A stretch of 60,716 nt of DNA from an uncultured Candidatus Saccharibacteria bacterium (GTDB lineage: Bacteria > Patescibacteriota > CAZHWT01): contig CAZHWT010000004.1 in NCBI GenBank assembly GCA_964536215.1, positions 1 to 60,716 of the forward strand. The letters are read 5' to 3'. Positions 52,088-60,716 of this stretch are shown one piece after another (the stretch's first letter is position 1; each line of letters opens with the position of its first letter). The position numbers were made by a program, and so were the translations under genes. The notes under the pieces were generated by a model. The model saw nothing but the letters and a program-made list of their open reading frames with translations, had not been told where the DNA came from and did no database searches.

Positions 52088-54898
52088 TTAACTACTTCGC
52101 TTATACAAGTTCAAACTAAAGCCAAGTAGTAGCAGTATCCCACCCAACAATGCCCCTAAAGTCACTGGTGAACCCGTAGCAGGTAGTGGCAAACCTGTTG
52201 ACTGCGCTGGTGCTGCGGCCTCTGACAAAACCGCTGGACCGGCTGGATCAACAATAATGCCATTTGCAATTCCATCTACATCTAACTGCCCACCATCAGT
52301 AACCTGGTAACTGATTACTAGGACAGAACTTCCCCCAATAACTCGCCTCTCAAACAAAGCGTCAGGAACGGTCTGAAAACTGCCATGGTTAAATTTGCGC
52401 AGTACATAATTACCGGCCGGAGCATTGTAGTAATACTGCGTCACCGTCGTGGTATAACCTGGCGTACCACAGTTAGCATTAAAATCTAGTAAGCCTAGGG
52501 GATAGCTAAACTCATCATCGCGAGCGAGAGTAGCTTGGTTTTTAACACTAACATTGCTAAGAGAACAACTTGCATCCACCTTAGCCACCACTTCATATCC
52601 GGTGGTAGGGTAATTGATACTGGTAACATTATCTTGACTAGCATCAGCAGTACTATCTCCGTCTAAGTCGACATTACTCAAAATGTGAACCGTACGGACC
52701 ACCTCAACCGCAGCGTTGCCCGCTTGATCAACCACATTATATTTAACGATGTATGTGTCGGGGATAGCAGTGTTGACAGGGTTAACAATGGCAATAGATC
52801 CGGTCAGGTCTCCGCTTAGCGCATCAGCGGCCGTAGCCCCAGCATCACTATATGATTGACCTTGAATAAGCGAAATTGACTCTGAGCCGGTACGGGTAAT
52901 TACTGGCGGGGTTGTATCAATCGTCCAGGTATAAGGGCTGGTCTCCACGTTATTGCCGGCCGCGTCCCTAGCTCGCACTGTTACAGTATGAGAGCCTTCA
53001 ACTAAACCAGTGAAATTCTTCTGACTAGCACAGCTATTAAAACTTCCGCTGTCCAGCTTGCAGCTAAAACTAATAGGGAGAGACAGAGCATCGGTTGCCT
53101 GGAAGACAAAGCCAGCACTAGTCTGATTAGTTATTAGATCGGGAAAACTATCCAAAGTAATCGACGGGTTGGTCGTATCCCAAATCAGGGTAAAGTCGTC
53201 ATAAGCACTGTTGCCAGCCTCATCGACCACTGTCAAACGAAGGACATAGCTGCCATCTTGGCTTATGGCGGAGATGGTCGGCTTCAGCACACTGGCATCG
53301 GTAAAGCTGACTGTGCCGGAGCCAGTTTGCTTTGTCCATGCATAGCTAGCAATACCACTCCCCGCATCACTGGCAGCAGCTTCGCTTTGACTAAAACTAG
53401 CATTGGTCTGTTGATTGCTCCCAGCATCTACCGCTGGAGCCGTTAAATCATAGTCAAAAGTATGAGTGACAGTCGCGAAACCAGCGCCACCTGCCAGCTC
53501 ACCACGCACATACAATGTAATCGCGTTGCCTTCACTCGGGGCCGGAATATCTGCACCAAGACCGCCACAATCCACCGTCGACCAATCAGTGTTATTCCAA
53601 CTAAATTGACAGGTATCACTGTCACCCCAATCAACTGCCGGACTCCAACTGTTTATTTTGGCTGAATCAACCGGGCTTGAAATCAAAATGGTTGGATATG
53701 GCGGTACATCAGCATTATCAAGCAGAGTTGGGTAAGCACCATCGTGAGCCTCCCATATGGTACTAAAATCCCATTCGTTACCAGCATTATTGTATACGGC
53801 ATGAGTATGAGTCAGGCCTTGAAATACGCTACCATCGGCTACATCACTAACGCCACTAGTAGCACCACTTCCTACTGGTGTGCCAGTCACACTATAGGAA
53901 TTTGCCAGGCTTGTTTGGTTATAGCCGGCAAATCCCCCAAAGGGTGCTATACCAGCGCTAACAGTACCAACGGCAAAATCATTTTGTATAACATTGCCCC
54001 CCTCACCAAAAAGCCCGCCCGAATTGTATCCGGGGCCAGTTATAGTTACATTGCCCGTAGCATAGGAATTGGTAATAGTCCCCGCTACTCCTGCTATTCC
54101 GCCAAATGAGTTTTCTGAATTAGCGGGAGTAGTCACATTACCGGTAGCGTAGCTATTAGAAATAGTTGCCGCCCCGGCATGACCAACCAGACCACCAACA
54201 TCATTTTTTCCAGATACATTGGCGCTTGACCATGATCGAGAAATAGTTCCGCCCGATTGCCAACCACTTATACCACCGGCCCACGTAGTCGGTGTCGACA
54301 CAGTGCCATCTTTAACCGAGCTAAGGGTAATATTCCCATTACCAAGGCCCGAAATACCACCGACCGAATTAGCCGCCGACGTCAGGCTGGGGTTCACAAT
54401 ATGAACACGCGTAATTGACCCCCCATTAAACCCCGTTACACCACCAACATTGGACGCCCCATCAAAAACGGGATTCTTGATTGTTAGGTTGGAGACAGTG
54501 GCGGATGAGGAAAGATACCCAAACAGACCAACATAATTGGTTGCCGACCGAGAGATAACCATGCCCGTCAAAGTGTGATCAGCACCGTCTAAAGATCCCG
54601 CAAACTGGCTGGAATTATCACTAATTGGTTGCCACCCGCTACCCGTGTTAGCACTAGAGCCGGCATAGGTCGAATAGCCAGCGCTATTTTCATCCAAGTC
54701 TGCCATCAATATATAACTAGCGCTCAAATTGTTGCGAACATCGTTTAAATCGGACCAGCTAGCAATTTGATAAGGATCTCCAGGGGATCCGTCACCCCCA
54801 CCAAAAGCATGGACCTGAGGAGTTAGACCCGCAAAACTTATTAAAACGAGTGATACAATACAAAGTAGAATCTGGACTTTTTTTAGGCAATGTTTCAT
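52088..54898 (-). CDS. LPXTG-anchored giant surface protein with GLUG repeats and Ig-like/DUF5011-like domains
   Basis: signal peptide; repeated GG(I/L/V)(A/S/T/V)G GLUG-type units; three Ig-like modules (..D.AGN...); shared pre-anchor module; LPATG + TM + KRSS. Confidence 0.85.
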   Translation of the reverse strand: MKHCLKKVQILLCIVSLVLISFAGLTPQVHAFGGGDGSPGDPYQIASWSDLNDVRNNLSASYILMADLDENSAGYSTYAGSSANTGSGWQPISDNSSQFAGSLDGADHTLTGMVISRSATNYVGLFGYLSSSATVSNLTIKNPVFDGASNVGGVTGFNGGSITRVHIVNPSLTSAANSVGGISGLGNGNITLSSVKDGTVSTPTTWAGGISGWQSGGTISRSWSSANVSGKNDVGGLVGHAGAATISNSYATGNVTTPANSENSFGGIAGVAGTITNSYATGNVTITGPGYNSGGLFGEGGNVIQNDFAVGTVSAGIAPFGGFAGYNQTSLANSYSVTGTPVGSGATSGVSDVADGSVFQGLTHTHAVYNNAGNEWDFSTIWEAHDGAYPTLLDNADVPPYPTILISSPVDSAKINSWSPAVDWGDSDTCQFSWNNTDWSTVDCGGLGADIPAPSEGNAITLYVRGELAGGAGFATVTHTFDYDLTAPAVDAGSNQQTNASFSQSEAAASDAGSGIASYAWTKQTGSGTVSFTDASVLKPTISAISQDGSYVLRLTVVDEAGNSAYDDFTLIWDTTNPSITLDSFPDLITNQTSAGFVFQATDALSLPISFSCKLDSGSFNSCASQKNFTGLVEGSHTVTVRARDAAGNNVETSPYTWTIDTTPPVITRTGSESISLIQGQSYSDAGATAADALSGDLTGSIAIVNPVNTAIPDTYIVKYNVVDQAGNAAVEVVRTVHILSNVDLDGDSTADASQDNVTSINYPTTGYEVVAKVDASCSLSNVSVKNQATLARDDEFSYPLGLLDFNANCGTPGYTTTVTQYYYNAPAGNYVLRKFNHGSFQTVPDALFERRVIGGSSVLVISYQVTDGGQLDVDGIANGIIVDPAGPAVLSEAAAPAQSTGLPLPATGSPVTLGALLGGILLLLGFSLNLYKRSS

Positions 54899-55059
54899 AT
54901 GCTTTACGCTTAATTGTTTACTATCGACCTCAGATATTAATTCTATATCCCCTGATTATAAATAACAAGCAATCATATTTTATTCAACCTTAAGCGGTTT
55001 GAGCGGTCCGTCAGGAACTATATTTGGCTCAGTAGGAAGAATCTAAAAGCCTGTTGTGC

Positions 55060-56001
55060 TTAATCAATACAATGTTGAATAAAAACGATTACTATGTTTA
55101 GTATAAAACGAGCATCCTTTTCTTCGGCATAGTCTTTTTTCGGGTGAGCATCACCAAATAACTTTCGGTATTCCATCACCGTAGATTCAAGCCCTTTTAT
55201 CACTTTTTTTGAAAGTAAATCATCAGGCAGAATGCCCTTTCTAATCCCCTCATCGACCAAATCACTAATATCTCCCTTGCCTATCTTGCCTTTAACCTTT
55301 ATCTGTAAAAATGCCTGCAATGCAGAGACTAGGTGGGTAATAGATGTGCTGTAAGACTTTTGATTGGTGCGCTGATATTCAGACAGCGCATTTGATAGCT
55401 CTTTTTGAACAGGGCTCCATTGATCACCGGCAAGCTTAGCGAACGTGGGTTCTATCACATAAGCTTCAATGAGCTTATCTTGGCGTGGTACAAAACCTTG
55501 TCTAGTTAGGCAAAGATTTACAGCAAAATGCTCGAAGACATCATTGATTGCGTTAGCGAATCTATCAAATTGAGCAAATGCTGCTTCTAGGTCTTCGTCA
55601 CTAGCATTTTCGCCCAACTTACTATCATTTATTAATTTAGAAGCATAAATACTTAGCAATTGAATCGCAACATCGGATTCTTGGAACCTCAAAATATTAA
55701 AGAAATCTTCTTGAGCATGTTCTCTGCAGCAACTTTTAAAGTAACCATATTCGAAATGAATCCCTCCATGTTCAAAAAGTTTATGGCCAAAAGTATTATA
55801 CTTGTATTCTTCGTTAAGAAATAAAATACAGCGGACTATGTCATCCGCCTCATCAAACCAGTCTCTGGCTAGTAAAAATTTAAGTACTTTCTTTTTATCG
55901 TCTTCCGAAAGTTCACCCCAAGATCGTAAATCCAACGACGGCTTAAGCATGTGTTTAACTTGTGGAGAAGTTTCGCTCCAAAGCTTGAAAGGATTATTCA
56001 T
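55060..56001 (-). CDS. HEPN-like (Abi_C/AbiJ-type) protein, putative abortive-infection RNase
   Basis: C-terminal R-x6-H motif (YRKLFGDAHPKK) followed by a hydrophobic helix; AT-rich gene next to a tRNA; start uncertain (GTG 56022 or ATG 56001). Confidence 0.45.
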   Translation of the reverse strand: MNNPFKLWSETSPQVKHMLKPSLDLRSWGELSEDDKKKVLKFLLARDWFDEADDIVRCILFLNEEYKYNTFGHKLFEHGGIHFEYGYFKSCCREHAQEDFFNILRFQESDVAIQLLSIYASKLINDSKLGENASDEDLEAAFAQFDRFANAINDVFEHFAVNLCLTRQGFVPRQDKLIEAYVIEPTFAKLAGDQWSPVQKELSNALSEYQRTNQKSYSTSITHLVSALQAFLQIKVKGKIGKGDISDLVDEGIRKGILPDDLLSKKVIKGLESTVMEYRKLFGDAHPKKDYAEEKDARFILNIVIVFIQHCID

Positions 56002-56407
56002 AAATGCAGTACTACCTAGCACAGCTCCTCAATAGCATTAGCTGATGAATACAACATAAATACCAATATTAGCAAATCTAATGGAGCATTGAACTTACCC
56101 TAACAACGCCCAGCTTGGCTGGTGTCCAAAGGTATAGTATGCCTAAATAACAGAGATGGGCAATAGGCAAGCATATCGTAGGCCTGGTACTTCTCCGCCG
56201 ATTAGCTGATCAGGCCCCTAGCGTGTCTATGATGATCGTTGCCATTTAGCTCTTTTCTAGATAACGAACAGTGACAAGAGACTTCACCTCCATGGTGAGA
56301 CAACCAAATAACAATATTTATAGAAAATACTCCAGAGAGCATGGATTTGAATTTATCTTCTGAGATAGACCGATGCAACCAGACCTATCTCGAACAATAT
56401 CTAACGC

Positions 56408-56423
56408 TGGCTGGCGGACCTGG
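56408..56423 (-). repeat. 16-bp direct repeat of the tRNA-Gln 3' end (att-like)
   Basis: TGGCTGGCGGACCTGG is identical to 56576-56591. Confidence 0.85.
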
Positions 56424-56536
56424 TACTTCGCTTTGCTCAGGTTCATAATTCATGATATAGGTATTTTAAAAAACCGATATCACTTCATTATTCAGCGAAC
56501 AACGCTTTGCGCCTTCAAGTCTGCGGACTACACAGC

Positions 56537-56565
56537 CAAATAAAATACCCTCAGACAAACTGAGG
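56537..56565 (-). terminator. terminator downstream of tRNA-Gln
   Basis: minus-strand stem CCTCAG/CTGAGG followed by GTATTTTATTTGG. Confidence 0.55.
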
Positions 56566-56575
56566 AATTTTTATT

Positions 56576-56649
56576 TGGCTGGCGGACCTGGATTTGAACC
56601 AAGAATACCTCCTCCAGAGGGAGGCGTGATGCCATTTCACCATCCGCCA
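56576..56649 (-). tRNA. tRNA-Gln (anticodon CTG), CCA-encoded
   Basis: hand-folded cloverleaf: acceptor TGGCGGA/TCCGCCA, D stem GTGA/TCAC, anticodon stem CCTCC/GGAGG with loop CTCTGGA, T stem CTTGG/CCAGG with TTCAAAT loop, then G-CCA. Confidence 0.85.
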
Positions 56650-56846
56650 ACATACAGCTTCGCTGTAGAATATTGAATTAGGAATTTTGAATAATGAATA
56701 TTCTTTATTCAGGATTCTTAATACCTACCTGGCCTGGCCAAGCTCTGGGATTGTACCAAAAATCACTGCTAAGCTCAAGAAAAACTGCTTATACCAATAA
56801 ATATCCATTTAAATAGCTATTTATTCGTATCCAGCCTAACCCATCG

Positions 56847-57035
56847 CTACACTTCTTCTGGCATAACTGCCCAGCAGATCATATACATAACAAACCCCGG
56901 GAAAAACCCGGTTACCAGAATAAATAGCGCCCAGGCAATCCGCGCCAATGCCACGTCCACCCCAAAATAAGCCGCCATACCTGCTGCCACCCCAGCCACC
57001 ATTCGATCACTTTTAGAACGCATCAATCGTTTCAT
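56847..57035 (-). CDS. PspC-domain membrane protein
   Basis: RSKSDRMVAGVAAGMAAYFGVDVALARIAWALFIL matches the PspC domain pattern. Confidence 0.78.
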   Translation of the reverse strand: MKRLMRSKSDRMVAGVAAGMAAYFGVDVALARIAWALFILVTGFFPGFVMYMICWAVMPEEV

Positions 57036-57154
57036 AACTATCTTTCCTCTATATCTATTTTATATTGTTCAACTATACATATAAACCTCAGGATTGTACC
57101 AAAAAGCCACCTCAGGCGCAAAACCGCCTATCTCCTCTGGCAGAAACAACCAAT

Positions 57155-57341
57155 AGACGAGTAGGCAAGTAGGGTACGCAAATGCCAAGGTGCAAGAGTC
57201 CAACTGCCAAATACGGTTAATCGCTCACTGCAAATCGTTAATCGTAAATCGTAAACCCCGATTCAATCGGGGTCAAGTCGAGAATGACAAAGAATAAACG
57301 ATTTGCGATTATCGATTAACAGCCTGTCCGCCTCTGGCGGA
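57155..57341 (-). repeat. mosaic intergenic element, copy E (inverted and rearranged)
   Basis: octamers + last ~40 nt of the core (57174-57214); CGAT heptads; hairpin B 57256-57272; half C (GTCGAGAATGAC); heptads; hairpin A 57327-57341. Confidence 0.8.
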
Positions 57342-57347
57342 ATCTAC

Positions 57348-57377
57348 AATAAATATCCAATTAATTGGATATTTATT
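57348..57377 (-). terminator. 30-bp perfect palindrome overlapping the LamG gene stop codon
   Basis: AATAAATATCCAATT|AATTGGATATTTATT; AT-rich stem, no separate T tract. Confidence 0.45.
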
Positions 57378-60300
57378 CCCCCCACCTCACCGCCCCACCG
57401 TTATACAACGTCTTAATCTGGGCATCTGTCAGCATGTAGTTAAATATCTGCACATCATCAAGCAAGCCTTCATAGAAACCGGTTGCCACTCCTCCGGCAT
57501 AATACATTCCAATTGTATTAACTCCAGGGCCTACCGTTTGCCCCATTCTGCTGCTAGATGGAGCGCTAAAATTTATAAGCACTCCATTCCGATATATAGA
57601 CGTAACACCTTCAGGGTCTATGGTGATCAGAACATGTTGCCACTGGTCAGTTTGAATAACTTGCTTGCTCATAACTTGAGAACCGCAACCAGTCCGCAAC
57701 CATAGCTGAGAATTGTAGAGAACCAGATATTGGCTAGCCGGCGTACAACCACTAGTAGGCCCCCAGGCATACAGTGCTCTGTAGTGAGCGTCTACACTAC
57801 TTGGCTTAATCCACATAGAAATAGTCATATTAGAAGTTGGCAGCACCGTATTGGTTACATCCACATAATCATCCACCCCATCAAAACTCATGGCCGAGTT
57901 ATACTTCCCACTCTTAGCCATCCCCCAAGCACTGGCCGCATTCTCACAGTTTCCAACAGCCGTTGTCCCACCACTCCCTAAGCTCAACACTCCATCCAAT
58001 CCATTTCCCGACGAATCATGAATCGCTGTCCCACTACATTCGTCAAACTTATAATGCGCAATTGGTTTACCATAGTTATAATCCCAGGCAACTTGAGCCG
58101 GCGTGCGGGCATAGTCGTAAACACGTATTTCATCCAACTGCCCATGCAGATGTTCAAAGTAGCTACCAGTACCATCCTGTTTACTCCCAACCGTAAAGGG
58201 GATAGTCGATGACCCAAGTGGTGTGCCACCAGTACTACGAGACTCCAGAATACCGTTAATATACAGCTGCTTAGTTGACCCTGTCTGAGTACCAACAACA
58301 TGGTACCACCGTCCCGTTACTGGCACAGTGCTAGAAGCAATCCGACTACCACCGCCACCACCATCCCCGGTCCAAAACGCAAAATGGTTGTCGGTATCTA
58401 TTTGAAGAAGATACTGTTGACTCACCCCCGGTCGCCACTTACCCACAAACGTGTAAAAATGGCTATCAATCACCTCCAGCTGTACCCATGCCTCCACAGT
58501 GATACTGGTGGGGTTAAGATCCGCCTCACTACTAGTAGTCGTATAATCATCACCATCAAAGTAGCCGGCTTTACCAGTCCTGCCCGGCCCATACTGCGCT
58601 CCACTACCATGCCAGCTCCCCTCGTGATTGTTACCCGACACATCCGCAACCGTAGCCCCACTCCCCTCCTCAAAGTCATATGCCACCACCGGCGCAGCAC
58701 AATCAGAGGTATCCCCTGGCACACAATACTTGCTCCCAGCGGAATTAGACGGTTTAGTAGCAGTTTGGCCAGTTCCGGTGGTAGTTGATTCAGTAGAGGT
58801 GCTGCCAATAATACTTCCCGCAGATTGATTGTAGTCGACGAGAATAGCTTGAGGAGTAAGTGCAGCATTGTACAGCTTTACTTCATCAATAGAACCTTGA
58901 AAGTAAAGTGGTGTTCCGGTTGTTCGTGAGCCAATTCTAAAGGTGGTACTCGTAGCGCTCTTAGTGCCAGTAAAAGGAACTCTTGCCCCCAACTTCCCAT
59001 CCACATACACCAAAACGCCAGATCCATCAAATACGCCTAAAACATGCTGCCACTTATTTACTTCTAGAGGTTGTGGATAGGTAGCAATAAAATTAGCAGA
59101 CCCATTAGTAACCACAAAAGCTATAGAGCTTCCTTGTTGTTGCAGCTCATATTGAGCACTGCTAACTGACCCTCCCGACTTGCCAGCAATGGTGTGATAC
59201 CCCAATAAAGTAGCGGGCTTAATCCAAGCACTCAACGTAACCGGCCCTCGAATATCCGCCATAGCAGAATTCTCACTCTCCACAAAATCATCCACCCCGT
59301 CAAACCTAATACCCCCTCGCGTCTTACCATCTACACTCCACCCAGAATCAGCCACAGCTGGACTAGCCACATTTTTAACAGTCCCATCCAACCCACTTCC
59401 TGCCACCCCAGAGTTGCGTGCCACTACCCCTTTGCCTTCATCAAACTTCCAATACCCCACCGGAGAATCTACTGCCGATTGTCCCGCCTGCATATCCTGC
59501 ACAACCTGTCCGGGAGTACGGGCATAGTTATAAATCTTAAACTCATCAAGCAAGCCTTTTAATCGATAGAGACTAGTTGTATCATCACCAGCCAGCATAA
59601 GACTATCTACCGATATGCCCGCAAAGGCAGCGTCCAAGTCACTCGTTAATGTGCCATCTAGATAGGCCTTAATTCTACCGTCGCTTGCAGTAGCAACAAG
59701 AGCAATATAATGCCACTGATCATCGTCCAAATGTTTGCCTGGAAGAAACACTTTAGGAGTCGATTCTCCTAGATACCCATACAGACCATTGTGAGCATCG
59801 CCATTAAAATAAATTGCTGCGTTGCCGTTGCTTTGAAAAATGCGATAGAAGCTACCTGGTTGCATAGGCGTCCTTTGCCACCAACCTATTGATATATCCT
59901 TTGCAGCAAAAGACATATCAGCAACATCTATAACCCCATCTACACCGTTAAAACTTCCAGCCTTACCAACCTGCCCCGCCACATACCGATCACTGGTTCC
60001 ACTCCACGTCCCAGTATGTCCATTCCCCGACTTGTCATAAACGGAATTTCCCGACCCTTCTTCAAAATCATAATACGCCACCGGCTTGGGAGCGTAGGTA
60101 TAGAGTTGCTGAACCTCTGACGATGTGAGGGCTCGATTGTAGATCCGAGCTTCATCCATACCGCCATCAAACTGAGCGCTGCCATTAACTCTACCGATAT
60201 AAGCACCCCCTCCGTTATTTGCATGACGTACAGCTGGGTCCCAGGTTGCAGTAGAAGACAACTCTCCATTTAGATAGAAGGACGCTGCAGACTTCTCATT

Positions 60301-60714
60301 ATCAACGATTAACACTAAATAATTCCAGGAATTGAGTTCAGTTACTGTTGTCGTAAGCTCTAGATAACTTGGAGTGCCGGAGGACAACGAAACTAAAGCA
60401 TGGAAACTTGAACTATTCCCGTTGCCATAGTCAATTCGGGTATTGCCGTTCTCGCCCAGCATCCCTCGACGATTTAACTCCGGATAAATACTACTATTGG
60501 CCCAAATGGCATATGTTCTACTTTGAGATGTTGTAGGCGTCCCAAGTGAAATATAATCATCCACCCCATCAAACCTCCCTCCATTGCCAAACTTACCAAT
60601 CCCCACTGCCGTTCCATTAATTGTCTGCCCATTATTCCCATTCCCACTAGCATCCTTAACTTCCCCACTCGTCCCATTCCAACTACTCTCATCCATCTTC
60701 CAATACCCCACCAA
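57373..60714 (-). CDS. giant LamG/concanavalin-A-like lectin repeat protein (N-terminus runs off the window)
   Basis: five modules, each opening with Y(W/Y/D)(K/F)(F/M)(D/E)E..G....D.SGNG..G and closing with (L/I/M)D(E/D).(R/K/Q)(I/L/V)(Y/F)(N/D)..LT; the ORF is open to the window edge. Confidence 0.85.
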   Translation of the reverse strand: MVGYWKMDESSWNGTSGEVKDASGNGNNGQTINGTAVGIGKFGNGGRFDGVDDYISLGTPTTSQSRTYAIWANSSIYPELNRRGMLGENGNTRIDYGNGNSSSFHALVSLSSGTPSYLELTTTVTELNSWNYLVLIVDNEKSAASFYLNGELSSTATWDPAVRHANNGGGAYIGRVNGSAQFDGGMDEARIYNRALTSSEVQQLYTYAPKPVAYYDFEEGSGNSVYDKSGNGHTGTWSGTSDRYVAGQVGKAGSFNGVDGVIDVADMSFAAKDISIGWWQRTPMQPGSFYRIFQSNGNAAIYFNGDAHNGLYGYLGESTPKVFLPGKHLDDDQWHYIALVATASDGRIKAYLDGTLTSDLDAAFAGISVDSLMLAGDDTTSLYRLKGLLDEFKIYNYARTPGQVVQDMQAGQSAVDSPVGYWKFDEGKGVVARNSGVAGSGLDGTVKNVASPAVADSGWSVDGKTRGGIRFDGVDDFVESENSAMADIRGPVTLSAWIKPATLLGYHTIAGKSGGSVSSAQYELQQQGSSIAFVVTNGSANFIATYPQPLEVNKWQHVLGVFDGSGVLVYVDGKLGARVPFTGTKSATSTTFRIGSRTTGTPLYFQGSIDEVKLYNAALTPQAILVDYNQSAGSIIGSTSTESTTTGTGQTATKPSNSAGSKYCVPGDTSDCAAPVVAYDFEEGSGATVADVSGNNHEGSWHGSGAQYGPGRTGKAGYFDGDDYTTTSSEADLNPTSITVEAWVQLEVIDSHFYTFVGKWRPGVSQQYLLQIDTDNHFAFWTGDGGGGGSRIASSTVPVTGRWYHVVGTQTGSTKQLYINGILESRSTGGTPLGSSTIPFTVGSKQDGTGSYFEHLHGQLDEIRVYDYARTPAQVAWDYNYGKPIAHYKFDECSGTAIHDSSGNGLDGVLSLGSGGTTAVGNCENAASAWGMAKSGKYNSAMSFDGVDDYVDVTNTVLPTSNMTISMWIKPSSVDAHYRALYAWGPTSGCTPASQYLVLYNSQLWLRTGCGSQVMSKQVIQTDQWQHVLITIDPEGVTSIYRNGVLINFSAPSSSRMGQTVGPGVNTIGMYYAGGVATGFYEGLLDDVQIFNYMLTDAQIKTLYNGGAVRWGE

Positions 60715-60716
60715 CC

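Noticed and set aside
56023-56575. Integrase, prophage or ICE adjacent to tRNA-Gln
   Set aside because: There is no ORF of 60 aa or more, and no recombinase motif appears anywhere in the window. Only att-like repeats and one HEPN-like gene remain, so at most this is a decayed islet.
1-60716. Alternative genetic code, for example UGA recoding as in some candidate phyla
   Set aside because: Long uninterrupted ORFs with recognisable full-length homolog patterns are obtained with the standard code. TGA, TAA and TAG all terminate well-supported genes.

Overview
This is a 60.7-kb chromosomal segment from a standard-genetic-code bacterium of about 50% GC. It has SD-led and apparently leaderless genes. 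Three LPXTG (LPATG) sortase substrates suggest a monoderm-type envelope, perhaps Saccharibacteria/CPR-like or Chloroflexota-like, but lineage cannot be settled from this window. I call about 63 protein genes, mostly small accessory or housekeeping-lite functions: marR-MFS and tetR-ABC efflux pairs, GH13, GH130 and GH3 glycosidases, nth+ung, redox and detox enzymes, and a MazG/Nudix/HD cluster. There are also four very large surface proteins, one frameshifted gene and one tRNA-Gln(CTG). I found no rRNA, CRISPR array, transposase, integrase or reverse transcriptase. The most unusual content is non-coding. Nearly every intergenic region is built from a small vocabulary of repeats: heptad and octamer micro-arrays, a conserved ~95-bp core module, and four hairpin families that nest in each other and show compensatory stem changes. 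These repeats are assembled into recurring 80-300 bp mosaics. Other notable signals are listed here. (1) The + strand carries about twice as much C as G regardless of gene orientation. (2) A 15-bp palindrome TTTAACACYGTTAAA occurs four times. (3) Many -10 boxes lie 6-8 nt from start codons. (4) A tRNA-Gln has a duplicated 3' end next to an AT-rich HEPN-like gene. (5) A duplicated antiporter pair brackets a compositionally foreign GH130 gene. All functional calls rest on motif recognition by eye, because no database search was possible.
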